A stretch of DNA of 64,000 nt from Dimorphilus gyrociliatus (Eukaryota; Animalia; Annelida), in the NCBI GenBank assembly GCA_904063045.1, contig CAJFCJ010000002.1, forward strand, positions 1,324,422-1,388,421, in the 5' to 3' direction. Below the pieces are notes generated by a model, which ran no database searches, was not told the origin of the DNA, and worked only from the letters and a program-made list of their open reading frames with translations. The position numbers and the translations under genes were made by a program. This document shows positions 12,949-26,605 of this stretch, piece after piece (position 1 is the first letter of the stretch; each line of letters starts with the position of its first letter).

Positions 12949-15900
12949 TCGGTGCCCTTTTCAGATAAAGGGCGATTTTCACACGACTACGCCAACAGCA
13001 AACAAAGCTTGCGATAAGGCGGCAGAGATGAAAGTCTGACCACGCAGTGACCAGAAGAACGGTCTAAAAAGCCGAGTTTGTGTTTTGTTTAGAAGGTTAT
13101 GTGCGCAGCCAGACACTTTCGCTCTTTTCGATAAGAGGGGAATTTTGTCAGTCCTTAGCCAGAGCTCGTTGATATGACGACTTACTATATAGAAACAGTT
13201 AAAAAACACCTTAATAAATTCGACGTTATATGGTTTAATCAACAGGTGGACAAAGCCAAGTTCGAATCGGAAAATAACAATACTGATTATCATACGAGAT
13301 CAACGACTGCCAGTCCTTGTTTGTCGGTTGGGTAAGTAAATGTTTTCTTTTTATTTTCTCTTTATTTTTTAACCTCTTTATTTTTTTCTCTACTTTTTTT
13401 TTCTTTTTTCTTTTTTACCATTTAATCTAAGTATCTTTGTTCTATCCTCTCTTCCTTAGACTTTTTTTCTATCTCTTAATGTACGCAAGTTGCCGATGAC
13501 GCCCAGACGTCTCTTAAAGGCGTCTATTGGCTTAGATGAAAGAAGCGTTTCCTGTCTCGCTTCTTCGTCCTTACCTTATTAAGGCTTAGGCCTATAAATG
13601 TTGCTTTTATTGTTTACTCTTCGAAAAAACACCAAGCTCCTCTTCTTTATAGATCGAATAGCTACCAATTATAAGGAGAGTTACTTACGTAATAAATATG
13701 CGTCAAAATGAGACGAAGATTACGGGAGAGCCTACCCCTCTTTCCTTTTCTCTAATTATCCCTTTGTTAAGCATAGTGTTACTGTTTAATTCTTACAATT
13801 ATTAAAACTGACGGCAATTAAATAATTACACGTACACTTACCACGTAGGCGTGCATAAGTGCATCTATACCGCAGACTGATATAATGGTTTCTATATCTA
13901 AGAAATGTAGGGCGTACACGTTTCTTTATACGATTTAACAATGAAAATGGGCATATACATATATAAATAAGACGGAAAATGTAGAAAAAATTTACTAAGA
14001 TGTACAGATAAGACCCTTTTATTATTGTTGTTATGATTATCATTAAAAGCTTATAACTACCATACAAAAATTCTAAAAAAAAGTCAGTCAGTTAGCTATT
14101 TTAGAAAGGTTTTGTTTTTTACTATTACCTTTTCTTTTCTTCTCTTTTTTGAGGGGAAAAATTATGCAAAGAATTCCAGAACTAACATTCAAGCAAAACC
14201 GTTCAACAAACAGTTCGTGTATATGCATAACAAATCCCAACTTAGACCTATCGGAGTGTGTTTGTCAAGCATTTTATAGATGTCTTTTTGTTTGCTAACG
14301 TTCCAAGTTCATCTATTATTTACTTGTGGGTCGCTATTCAATTTGTATTCTGATTTTTTTCTTTTTTGTTCAAAATTGTTCTTTTATTATCTTTATCATT
14401 CTTCTCCTTTCTCGTATCCTTTTATTCGCTTCTCTTTCTTCTTCCTATTTTGTCCCTTTTCATTCATCTCTTTTTGTTTAATTGTGAAATATGTTTTCTT
14501 TCTCTTAATAGAATCTTTTTTTATTATTTATTTCTTTCCACAGGAAAAACGAATTACTAAGCCCATCAAAATTTGAATCGGAATCACCAAAGTCTCATAT
14601 AGAATTACAAACATGCCCCCTACCGGCAGTTGCGAACACACACGATGATGGTTGGTAGACGTCAATTTATTGTTCAAAAATTGTTCAACATTTAGGCATT
14701 AGTGACGTGAACGTTTCTGCTAAATGTCAGCAGCTTGTCAGACTATGACGTCACGCCTCTTGCTTACGTCAAATCTGTGAGTTACGTCAGCACATTTCCC
14801 GTCTTGTACCATGCTATTATGGAAAACATGTGTCGCTCACGCTATCAGCATGGGCAGGTTGTGGTCGTAGTTTTTTTTGACTATTTATTTAATTTACCGC
14901 ACGATTTATTTAGAAAATATGTAATCAAGCTAGTATTACACACCGACCTGCGTCGCTGACCTTGTATGAATACGTAATTAATATAGGGGAAAATATGATT
15001 GAATCTCATTAACGTAATTAGTTAATCTCACCTTACACTTCTCCCTAATCATTTCTAAAACTCTGACAGTTTGCTGGCCGTTAATGACTACGTGACGTCG
15101 TGTGTGAGTTAATGATTGTGTATATAATGAGCAGCACCTTCAACGTTCCGAACGTCTGAAAGATCAGTTTTCATCTTCCAATGTCGAGCGATCGACGTCC
15201 TCTTTCAACAGTTAATTGAGTTCTCGAAGACTATCGATAGTTTGTTGAAAGAGAGATAGGGAAAGAATTATAAATGACGGCCTTCGTCTGCCAGTCGCTA
15301 TTTAGTAACTTCTTTGTTCGCGTATATGTATTGTGTAGAAACAAGACGAAGTTTGACAAACAATTCGTGCTCGTTACTTCCGTTCCGACGCCCTGAATGT
15401 TTATTGTATATATTTTTTACGGTTTCCATATAATTTCTTTATTAAATAAGAGATAAAACGAAAAATCATAACCGCTAAGCGCACGAGCGCCGACACCCCT
15501 ATGTAATCAGGCCTTAACCCCAGGGCTAGTTGTCACCCTTCACCGATTTTTTTTTAATTAAAAGTATATACAATACTATTATACTAAGCATATAGTAAAA
15601 TATATATATNNNNNNNNNNNNNNNNNNNNNNNNNNNNNNNNNNNNNNNNNNNNNNNNNNNNNNNNNNNNNNNNNNNNNNNNNNNNNNNNNNNNNNNNNNN
15701 NNNNNNNNNNNNNNNNNNNNNNNNNNNNNNNNNNNNNNNNNNNNNNNNNNNNNNNNNNNNNNNNNNNNNNNNNNNNNNNNNNNNNNNNNNNNNNNNNNNN
15801 NNNNNNNNNNNNNNNNNNNNNNNNNNNNNNNNNNNNNNNNNNNNNNNNNNNNNNNNNNNNNNNNNNNNNNNNNNNNNNNNNNNNNNNNNNNNNNNNNNNN

Positions 15901-18900
15901 NNNNNNNNNNNNNNNNNNNNNNNNNNNNNNNNNNNNNNNNNNNNNNNNNNNNNNNNNNNNNNNNNNNNNNNNNNNNNNNNNNNNNNNNNNNNNNNNNNNN
16001 NNNNNNNNNNNNNNNNNNNNNNNNNNACATTTATATTAACTTATAACATAAAAATCAGAATTTGCATACACTGACCCAGATGTCTGCCATCGCTAGAAAC
16101 AATAGGCATTGTTTGTACAGCTGCAGCACGTTGTTTGTCACAAGTAAAGGTCTCCTAAATCATCTCACTATACAGCCGCCTCTCCAACCGTAAAACGTTT
16201 GCCGTTTTATAGAGATATTACGAAAAGTTGCTTTTTGTGTCGTTACCATAAATTCATAGCCCGCTTCGTCTCTTATTTCTTGTTTTGCGATTGTTTTAAT
16301 TATTGTTTTATGTCCCAATTGTTGTAATGTTTCTCTATTGTATTTTTTCCCTTTTTTAAAGATAACACTGACGTGACTGGGACCGTGAAGAACACGCACG
16401 AAAATACATTCTCTACCACAACTAACGACACTTGGACTGGTAAGTAGCAACAGTACCGCCATCTGGCGGCTGCTTAAAGATTATATTTTTATTTTTTCCT
16501 ACCGTACTAGTCATTGCTAGTTTACCATTAATTTAAAATAGTTAGCGAGTTCGTGTTGAGATAAAAAGATAAAAATCTCACGGGAGTTGAAAAGCTATTA
16601 ACTAGTAAGAAAACAAAAACACTGTTTGCTGCACGTTGTAAAAGTTGTTTGTTTTCGTTTGTCAGAGTTTGTAGCGGCGTGTAAAATGCTCTAAGTGGTT
16701 TGGGGACGAGGGGCATGATTTTCGATACTTTTCGTAGCCTTTTATCTCGCCAATGTTTAGTAGTTGCTAATTGTCCCCAACTTTGTGACGTCAGTTTTAT
16801 ATACAAATTGTTTATTTGTATTAAAACTTTCGCTCATCTAAGTAACTTGGCGGAAAAGTGTCTGATGCGTTTGAGTGTACATGTACAGTTTTATTCGGGT
16901 GCAGTATGCCTGCGTGCATGCGTGTCTACATTAGCCCCCAACTGCGTTTAAGTCTCCCCGCAGCCATTTGTAAATCTTTTTGTGTTTATTATTACGTCAT
17001 TCCCTTCATTATCCTTCATTTCTGTTTATATTCAACACAGATAGCGCATACGCAACTCGTACTAAGCATGATAAAAATCTGTATATTAGTACATGCGTAT
17101 GTAAATAAATGGGTGAGTGTGTAGATAGAGGGGAAGGAATGCGTGTTGACGATTCTTTAGCGAATGATGGTGGGTAATCGAGAGGAAAGTGTTTATTTTG
17201 TACAACTCCTCAGAAGGCTACCAGCTGAGAATCGACTATATGGACTCGTTTGCAGATGTCGGCCTTTCCCTTGCATCTCTTGAGAATGTTTTAATAGAAT
17301 ATAGAGCGTATATATGTATATACAAAATGCACTTGTCTACTTGTGTGTACATATATATATATATGTATAAATCATTCACAGAAAGATAGGTTTTTGCTCT
17401 TTTCAAGTTTTTTTTGACCTTTCATTTCTAACTAAATGCACTTTTAACACAAGAACGGTTAGACCATAAATGCAGAAGATATATATATATATATTTCAAT
17501 TTAAAAGAGTCGCCCGATAAAGTAAGATACACAGTTTTTTTTTATACAAATAAGGTTTTTTTTTTTCAACGTAAATCCCCATTTTGTATATTTACTGACG
17601 TTTTTTCTTAATATTCGTTAAATACTGTAGTTTGCTAATGAATAGTTATTGGTATTAAATCCTTAGAAAAGTTAAATCAGGAAAATGTCATCTAAATATG
17701 ACACACAATATATAATTAAATATTAGGCGTTCTAAAAAGCAAGTGACTAGTGAACGATGAAGGATCGGCAAAGGCGTCTTTTCTCTAAGTTGTCAGTCAA
17801 GTAGATAAGCTCCTCCCACTGTAGCCATACACAACTCGTCGTTTAGAGTGGAGACTCCGCCCAGTACTGTTCACAGCCAATCAGTGTCCAATCTGGGCGT
17901 AGACTGGAGGGGAAAGAGGAAAGTAATTGATTGTGTGGAGTATAGTGAGTTGAGGCATGCTGCTCACTCAAGGTACAGTTTGGCCATTCGAGTCGCAAAC
18001 TCGCTCTAATTTTCGTAATCCAACACTGCGATTATGGATTAAGGCTTACATTTATTGCCGTGTTTGTGTTTTTACTGGATTATATTTTATACGTTTCTTC
18101 AACTTTTCCTACGACTTTTAAATCTGCATATGTTCGCTGGTTTGCAAGTTTTGTTTCAACGCGGGCAGGCATATCATGTTCATCATTAGATAATGATACT
18201 TTATTTATAGCTTATATTCGATATAACGTACTCGATATAATATATATTACCGATATGAAAAAATTTTATAGATTAATGTTTTCTTCTCGCTCTCCTACGT
18301 ATAAAAATCTTCTGCGAATTCTGCTAATTGCATCGTGATGTAAACTTAGATTATAAAAAATTTGTTTTAAGCGTGATGGATGTTAGCGCGAGTAGTCTTT
18401 TCCTTTTGCTTTCATTCGTGTAATTAAAAAAACTTAAGCATCTACGCATATATAGAGAATTTGTTTGACATCTAATTTTACTTATGTATTTTTTTTGCAG
18501 TGAAAAGTGAACCGGTTGAATCGCATTTTGCGTCGTCGGTGTACGCAAACACAGGTTAGTGTCTTCTTATTGTTTCTAACTAATTCTTGCAAGGGGATTA
18601 GGGAAAGATTGATAGATGCTTTATCGTATTTACCAAATCTGATTAATCCTTTGCTCGCTGTGCGCAGGGCATTATGTAAATTTGGGTAAATAAAAAGGGA
18701 GGATCTGCGGGCGCATTACGGTTTTCTTGAGTGTTAGAATCTTTAGATTTTATACAAAGCTTATTGTTAAAAAATAACACAAAAAGAGAAAAAAATCATT
18801 TTATTGTCGTAACCTTTTGACCCGACTTTGGATTCGCCGGTCTAAATGGAAAGGTTGTTGAAAGAAAATTGTAGTATAGTTTGTTGATTAAACAGACATT

Positions 18901-21900
18901 TGTCACCAGTTTTACTTCGACTTTCGCACAAAAGAAGTCAGACCGAGAGTAAATAATGTTGTATGTTGGTCAACAAGCGACTTTGGGGGTCGGAGACGCG
19001 GCCAATTTCTATTCAAAACGACACGTTTCGTTTGCAATCTAGAAAAAAATTCGACACTAAACTATATACAATATATAAATAAAAACTTTTAAAAGAAAAT
19101 GAGGAATATTCACATTTTATTCCATTATCTTTTTTTTTCTTTCTTTCCAACAGATTGTACGAATACCAATTCAGGTGTTGCATCCCCACCGTCTTATCCC
19201 TACTTTAACAGGTTCGTTTGATGTTTATACACGCGCGATGCACGAATGCGTGCACGAAAGAGAAGAGAAATCCGTTTTGTCCTAAGCAGGGCAGCCGCAA
19301 TTCCCTTAGGAACGACGGCTGCCACTTGCAATCCGAGATAGAGATTTTTATCCCTTAAACCATTACATACCGTATATAAACGTATAGGTAGAAAGAGTAG
19401 GGTTATTGGGAATATTCCCCCTTTTCTTCGCATATCGGCTAGTACATTCGATACGGTCGACGTGTGTTTCTCGATACGCTATATCCAACCGGATGTGTAA
19501 TAGTAAACGATCGAATATGACCACACCTTATATTATTTTTTGTCCTATAGTTCCTTCTGTTTATTACAAAATAATAACAGTCTGTAAACAAGTGAGTTAG
19601 TGCAGAAAAACTTATATTTACGTAAACAGATAAGTTAAAATTGAGTATGCAAATCGGAAAAATACATACAAGAGCGTAAATATACTTTCTTTAATGCACA
19701 TTTATATATAAGTATGCGTCTATTTTATATGTATATAGCACGTTTTATATACTATATATATATATATATATTAAGATATATTTATATATATTTATATGGA
19801 AGCCAGAAAAAAGGGGCGGCTGATGCGCGTTTGTTGTAGAGAATCTCTTGAGGGATTTGGCGGGCGTCTATTTATTCTTGAAATGTGTTTGCTTTATAGA
19901 TTTTAACGCCGACGTCGATATTGGCGTCGATAAGAGCTTCGTAGCTTGCGGCGCAATACGGCCGTTATACTCATTTACTATTGTATAGCTTGACAGTCGA
20001 TGAAACTTGTTGATTCTATTATCGGGCGCTTTAGTCGTTTGAAGTGAACGGCTAATTGATTCTTCATAGAGCCGCTACCATTTAGTGTAAATTAGTGTTG
20101 AATGCAGGGCGTGAGCGATTTGCCTATAGTTGTCGGAATGCTCGTCGGCGTCTCCCTCTGAAAGCGTCATTTGATCCGTGCGTCCAGATGAGTTTGTGAA
20201 TTTGCACGGTCTCTCGACAAATTAGATTGAGCGAGGAAAGAAGAACGAGAGACGTTTGTCGCGACACCTATATATATATATATATATACCAATATATATG
20301 GATTTCTCTACTCTTAATAGTCTATTGAACTGTTGAATAATTGATTGCTTTTGCTTATAAAACAGTAATTCGAGTAGTCCTGCAACGAATACAGCAAATT
20401 ACTTAGGAGAAAGTACTCCAAACGACGGAGACATAAACGATTCTGCGGCGACCACAACGTCGACTACGACGTCAAACGATACTGCAATGCAGGCCTACCA
20501 TAATGCGGCGTCATTCGGCGTCCAAGGATCCCCTTATTACCAGACGCAAGGACTCTATGGAAGTCTTAATCCGTCTGCCTACACTACTGACACGGGTGAG
20601 GGTAAATTTTGATATTTGTATTATGTATATATTTGCATAGGAGATAATATATATACATTTTGTATATTTAGAACAGTATTTAAAATAAAATTGCATGTAT
20701 TTGTTAAATTGCATGATTTGTGGGTTTTAATAACCGACTAACACAGGTGTAGCTTTGACGCGTGTCTTGTTATTTAACAGCTAAGCAATTAAAAGGCCAA
20801 TCATCAAGTACGACTAATGGTCAAGCTACTAATTATGGCTCGTATTTTCCATCAAGCTACTATGGTAATATTTTTAGCAATATATAATTATACGCTTGTA
20901 ACGCGATGCTCGTGTAGTATATAGAACGTTTATGAAAATAGATCGTATTTTTTTTTATTGAACTTGTCGAAATCGAAAACAGGTGCATACGCCAACAACG
21001 GTCAGAATGCGGCAGCCTTTGCGGCAGGACAAACGACGGTTAGTAAATAAGATTTGCATTTTTCTTATTAAGAAGGGTTTCTTTTTTTTGGAGAATGATT
21101 AATCCGTTTTTAAATGAAAGTTGAACAACTTTAACTTAAGATTTATTTAGATAAAAGATATAAATATTTCTTGATGAACATTTTGTAAAAACACGACATA
21201 TCCAGGGTATAGAAACTATTTGCCATAGTAATAATATTGTGTACACTGTATGCAGTATCTGTGCTCTTAGAAGATCAGGGTATAATAATACTAACAAAAA
21301 AAATGAGGGGGAAAAACGAAAAAAATCGGGTCGAGACCCCTTTCTCGGCGTTGAAGAGATCGTCGTCACGCCGCGTGAGTTGTCATAGGAATTTATGGAC
21401 ATAGATTTTTAATATTCGGCGGTTAATTATAAAAAGGGACGTAGCAGGTGTGCACTTACTAAACAATGCCTTTGGCGGCAAATTGAATAAAAAAGCAGTC
21501 GCAGTTGCCTTTTCAATTTCAAAGTCGTCGCATCAGTATCAAATTTCTGAATTGACCGAGATCTTCCTTTTTTTTTTTCATCGAACAGGCGTCTGCCGAT
21601 TATTGTTCCTACTACTACAGCCAAGCTCAAAATCCTTACTACTATTCCTACTTAAACGCCACGTCGAACGCAACTACAACGCCGACAACGCAAACTTATC
21701 AGCTACTACCTCCCACTTCCACCGACGTATCGTTCGCTGCTGGCCTTCCCACCAGTCCTTCACCTCCGCCTGCCAAAGAAGGTACTTATAGTAGTAGAGT
21801 TACCGGATACGGTCGCCTCGCTCCAAGCGTCATTTTCTCGACAGGCGAGAATGGCAGTTAAGAGACGTCACCTTCAGCAGACGTCTTGCATTTAATTCTG

Positions 21901-24523
21901 CATGTCGTGTTTATACGCTCTCACACGCGCGCATAGATTAGAGTGAATTATGCAAACGACTGCGGCCTGATAAGAGATAAACAATGATTAGTTTGGCAGT
22001 CACGTCACACTGAGCATCAATTTGACCCGCGACCCGTTGATTTAGGTCGGCGCATGCCTATTTGCCGGCGCAGGTTAGGTTTCACTTGACCTTCACCCCC
22101 GAATGGTTAGGAGTTTTTTCCACGCTAACTCTAAATCCTTCTACTTTATCTTTACCTATAACTTTTTTGCCGTGTAGTTTTTTTTTACTTACAACTTCTA
22201 ACGTTAATGTTTTTTATTCTCTTTTCAATGAAATCAGCGTCGAGAAACAGAAGTAGGACTAGGAGAACGAATAATCCATCACCATCACCCGAAAACGATT
22301 TGGAACGTGTGTTCGTTTGGGATTTGGACGAGACGATTATTATATTCCATACACTGCTTACTGGTTCATTTGCTCAGCGATATCAAAAGGTGAGTGCAAG
22401 CTTCTCAGCTTGATACGTCATTCATCTTCGCTTATCTCTATCGCGCGTCTTCCACTTCTCATTGAAAATATAAAGAAAGAAGAAAAGGGTGCGAACTGCC
22501 TGCCATAGCGCACGATAAACACGCTTCAAGCGGCGCATAACGGCATAGAATGTTTTCGCGATTCTTGTCTATATATACTATATACACATTATATATCTAT
22601 AAGTTCCTTATTGCGTAACCATTGTATGGGATTATTCGCATTTTTATACATTTATAAGACTAAAAACCGATTGCATGGTATACAAGAAGGAGAAGTGACG
22701 TCAGGCGTCGACTAATTACGCCTTGCCGTATTCGCTTACTCGCTTGATTAGATTGCGGTATAGCGTCTACGTTGAATTCGTCCGTTGCGTCAGTCCTTCA
22801 TTCCGCGCGCATCAGCGGCGAGTGTAAACAGCATCCTGTCACTCTTCACTCATCGCCGCCGAACGGAGTCGGTGCCGAACTGATAAGTAGCGGTCCTCCG
22901 GGATTCGATTCTAGTGTCGGTGATGGACTCCGTCTTCGGTTTTTCGACAAAAAGCGCTCGGCACGCACCTCCTGCGTATATAACCTACTTTATACAACTG
23001 CTAGTCATCATCTCTAAAAGCAAAATATCCCCCTGCTCATATTTTCGCCAATTTTACACTTCCCCGACCGCGACGAACGTGTTTTCAAATGTTTTCTCCA
23101 TTTTTTTTTTTTATTTAACTTATTTTTTTTAACACGCTTTTCAGGACGCGCAAGCATCCGTAGCGTTAGGCCTGAGGATGGAAGAAATGATCTTCAGTTT
23201 GGCCGACAACAGCCTCTTCTTCAACGATTTGGAGGTAAGTTGTTTTACGGCACGTTTTTCGTTTTTCGCTCCGATTCGTTTTACGTAAGCGTTTGCGGAA
23301 CGCTCCGATAAAGCACGGACTGGAAACAACAGGTGGCCCAAGGTTTTCTTATTAAGGCGGAAAAAAAACAGGCCGACGAATTGGATATAAACGAAATATT
23401 ACTATTCCGTTTTTCTTATCTCTTATCGAACCTACGTCGAAATTTTGGCAGTAGCGAACTACGCGCGTGTCACGAGACCGAGACCGCTACTGATAAGAGT
23501 ACGCTTGTTGTTTTCAAATTTTTGCGCTTTTTTCTCTTAGTTCCGTTTGAGATGTTTGCATTTTTTTTCATTTCAAGTGCGCGAATGTTTGGCATAAAAT
23601 TTGTTGTTGTTATTTGTTATGCGGGACGTTAACGTTTTCCTTTTCATTATCTTCTTAAGGACTGTGACCAAGTTCACATCGATGATGTCAGTTCGGATGA
23701 TAACGGGCAAGATTTATCTAATTACAACTTCGCTCAGGATGGCTTCCACGCAGCTGCATCAAACGCTAACCTATGTTTAGCGACAGGCGTTCGTGGAGGC
23801 GTCGATTGGATGCGAAAATTGGCGTTCAGGTATCGAAGAATAAAGGAATTGTATAATACGTACAGAAGCAATGTCGGAGGTAGGTCGCCTACTAGCTAGT
23901 TTGTCCGCTAAATCACCCTTCTCGTACACTATCTATATTCACGAGTGTCGCCATCTAACAGGTATGCTGGGACCGCAAAAGCGGGATCAATGGTTGCAGT
24001 TGAGGGCCGAAATTGAGACAATGACTGATAATTGGTTGACTTTGGCACTTCGTTCACTCAACATTGTTCATGAGAGGTCAAACTGCGTGAATGTACTAGT
24101 CACGACGACTCAACTTGTGCCCGCCTTAGCCAAGGTCTTGCTCTACGGATTGGGAGGCGTTTTCAACATAGAGAACATTTATAGCGCCACCAAAATCGGT
24201 TCGTCACTCTTAATTAAATCCTATCGAAAACCTTCTTTTATTACAAACAAAATAAATTTTTTTTTCTCCCTAAAATAGGAAAAGACAGCTGCTTCGAACG
24301 AATACAATCGCGCTTCGGTCGCAAATGTACTTACGTAGTTATTGGCGATGGAAGAGACGAGGAAACCGCAGCTAAAAAGGTTTTTTTCTTTTATTCTATT
24401 TATTTAGTAAACTAATTCGTTGCCTATTTTATTTCCAAGCAGGTCAATTGGCCGTTCTGGCGAGTTTGTCAACATAACGATTTAGCCGCTCTCCACCACG
24501 CCTTAGATTTAGGCTATTTGTAG
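12949..24523 (+). CDS. eya: Eyes absent (Eya) HAD-family tyrosine phosphatase / Six co-activator, long isoform
   Basis: Phase-consistent exons: 12949-13033, 13246-13331, 14544-14650, 18501-18554, 19154-19211, 20366-20595, 20781-20864, 20983-21038, 21589-21781, 22238-22389, 23145-23234, 23660-23879, 23962-24198, 24279-24379, 24443-24523 (TAG). The Eya domain is unmistakable ([48 protein letters not shown]). The three most 5' exons are less certain. Confidence 0.95.
15610..16026. other. Assembly gap (N run) inside an eya intron
   Basis: Contiguous Ns, preceded by a TA run. Confidence 1.
17857..17892 (+). promoter_or_regulatory. Probable internal eya promoter (GC box plus two CCAAT boxes)
   Basis: CCGCCC at 17857-17862 and CCAAT at 17877-17881 and 17888-17892, ~65 nt upstream of the ATG at 17957. 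Confidence 0.5.
17957..17972 (+). CDS. eya: Alternative first coding exon of eya (MLLTQ, spliced to VKSEP...)
   Basis: ATG CTG CTC ACT CAA G|GTACAG. The phase-1 donor joins the 18501 exon (G+TG = Val) in frame. Confidence 0.6.
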
Positions 24524-24729
24524 TCGCGGTGCAGATTATACTCGAAAAAAAAATGGAAAGAAAATTCTGTATACGAACTATTAAAAATTCTCTTAAAATT
24601 TTCTTCTCTTTTTTTTTTTTCATATATCGCTTTTACAGATATACCATATACTTTTACGTTTATGCTATTATATTACTTTGTCCGTTGTGCTTGTCGACAA
24701 TTTGTAAAAAGTTCATATATATATATATC

Positions 24730-24760
<31 letters not shown>

Positions 24761-24802
24761 TAAACAAGTATATACGTATAAATATATAAATAGTAAAAGA
24801 TG

Positions 24803-24834
<32 letters not shown>

Positions 24835-25145
24835 GTAATACATCTTTTATTTTTAATGATATATCAAGGAAAAACAATGATTGTTGTACACGAGTTGTTC
24901 AATGCTGATAGGCATCTTTATTTTTTAAAAATTCTCTGTTTTCTTCTTTTTTTTTCCTATCAAAAGAAAGAAAAAAAAACAATCATCATTCGCCAACATA
25001 TTAATTGTGCAATGTCAGTATTATATACGTACTCTTAGTATATAAATTATGGCGCTGATGATGTTTTTATTTAAATAATAAAGTTGAGAAGGAAAAAAAT
25101 ATTTAGTAAGCCTATATTTCATGGAAGTTTCTTTTTTTTTATTAA

Positions 25146-25188
<43 letters not shown>

Positions 25189-26605
25189 AAAAAGACATAA
25201 AAAAATACATAAATCGTGATACCTTTATGTATAGATTATTACTGTTTTTAAACTATTATAATAGAAAATTAATAAGCGTCTTTTATTCAATTAAAGTTAT
25301 TATCTATCTGTCTATATATATATATATATATATTTATATATAGACACTCCAAATTAGAACTTATTCACGCTTGTTTTTTAAGAATTTCATTCTTTTATTA
25401 CGATAAATAGGATAAAGGAAAAGCAAGTGTGTAGACTGTAGCTATTCAAATGGAATATTTGCGGTTAAAAGTCAATATACGATAATAATTATAATATAAA
25501 AAGAAGGATAAAAAGCTAAAGAAAGAGACGAGAATAGATAGCTAGAAATGCAGCTCTCTCTCTCTCTCGATGAATTTACTTAAAAAATAGAGAGACTAAA
25601 CGGAATTAGACAAAAGAAAATTAAGTGAAATATTTAAGAATTGTAAAGAGGTAAATACTTTTTCTCTGCATGAAAAAGGAAAAAAAAAAAAGCATAGCTG
25701 GCGTTACCAGTGTTAAATTACACCTTTGTTAACGGCATTAATGAAGTAAGTTGATAACTTTGCCGTAATTATCGAGGGAAAGAATGGTAAAGCCTTAGAA
25801 GTTTGGAACCAACAAGAATTTTAAAAGGGAAAAAAGAAATAATCTTAATATAAGATTTGCCCTCCTTCTGTTTTTCTTATCCTAGAGGGAAAGTTTATCA
25901 GTCAACAGATACACCACTAATGTAGGCCTGATCATTTTACTTGTCACTTAAATGTAAAACAGTTTCAAAACTTTTAAGTGCACACAGTAAAAGGTGATAC
26001 TTGACGGTCACGCAGGGTTCGCTCTAATACTTTACAAAGAATGGCGGAACAACAGGGTACTTAATGGACCTACGATCAATCAATCTATCCTCAAAAGAAG
26101 GTAAAAACAAAGCACTATATCGACTTTTGCTCATGTACTCTATATCTTATATACTTAAAAATTTAAAATTGACAATAGAGAATCATTGGGTAAAAAAATA
26201 CTAGTACACCCTGAAAAGAATCAATTGTTGTGAGGAGAGAGAGAGATAATGCAAAAGTTATTCTTTTCTTCCTACAGATTTATATACAAAAATATAGTAA
26301 ACTATGAAATTATCTGTTGTTTTTGCTTTTTATTTTAATCCAACAAACAAGTAATAGTAAACATCACATCAGCAATACGAAAAAAAAGGAATAAAACGGA
26401 GCAAGACTTTTAAAGTTTGAGTAAAATATCAAAATACCAAGTGTCCCCTGCATATATATATATATATATGTATAATGTGGACGGATAAGGTGGATCAAGA
26501 AGATATAAAACGATGAAAAAGAGAGACAGATCAAGCGAGCGAGACAGAGATATAGTGAAATAAAAAAAAAATGACTGATTAAAAAACAAACAATTGCAAG
26601 GTAGT

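Noticed and set aside
15584-16030. 148-aa ORF of X residues
   Set aside because: Artefact of the N gap.
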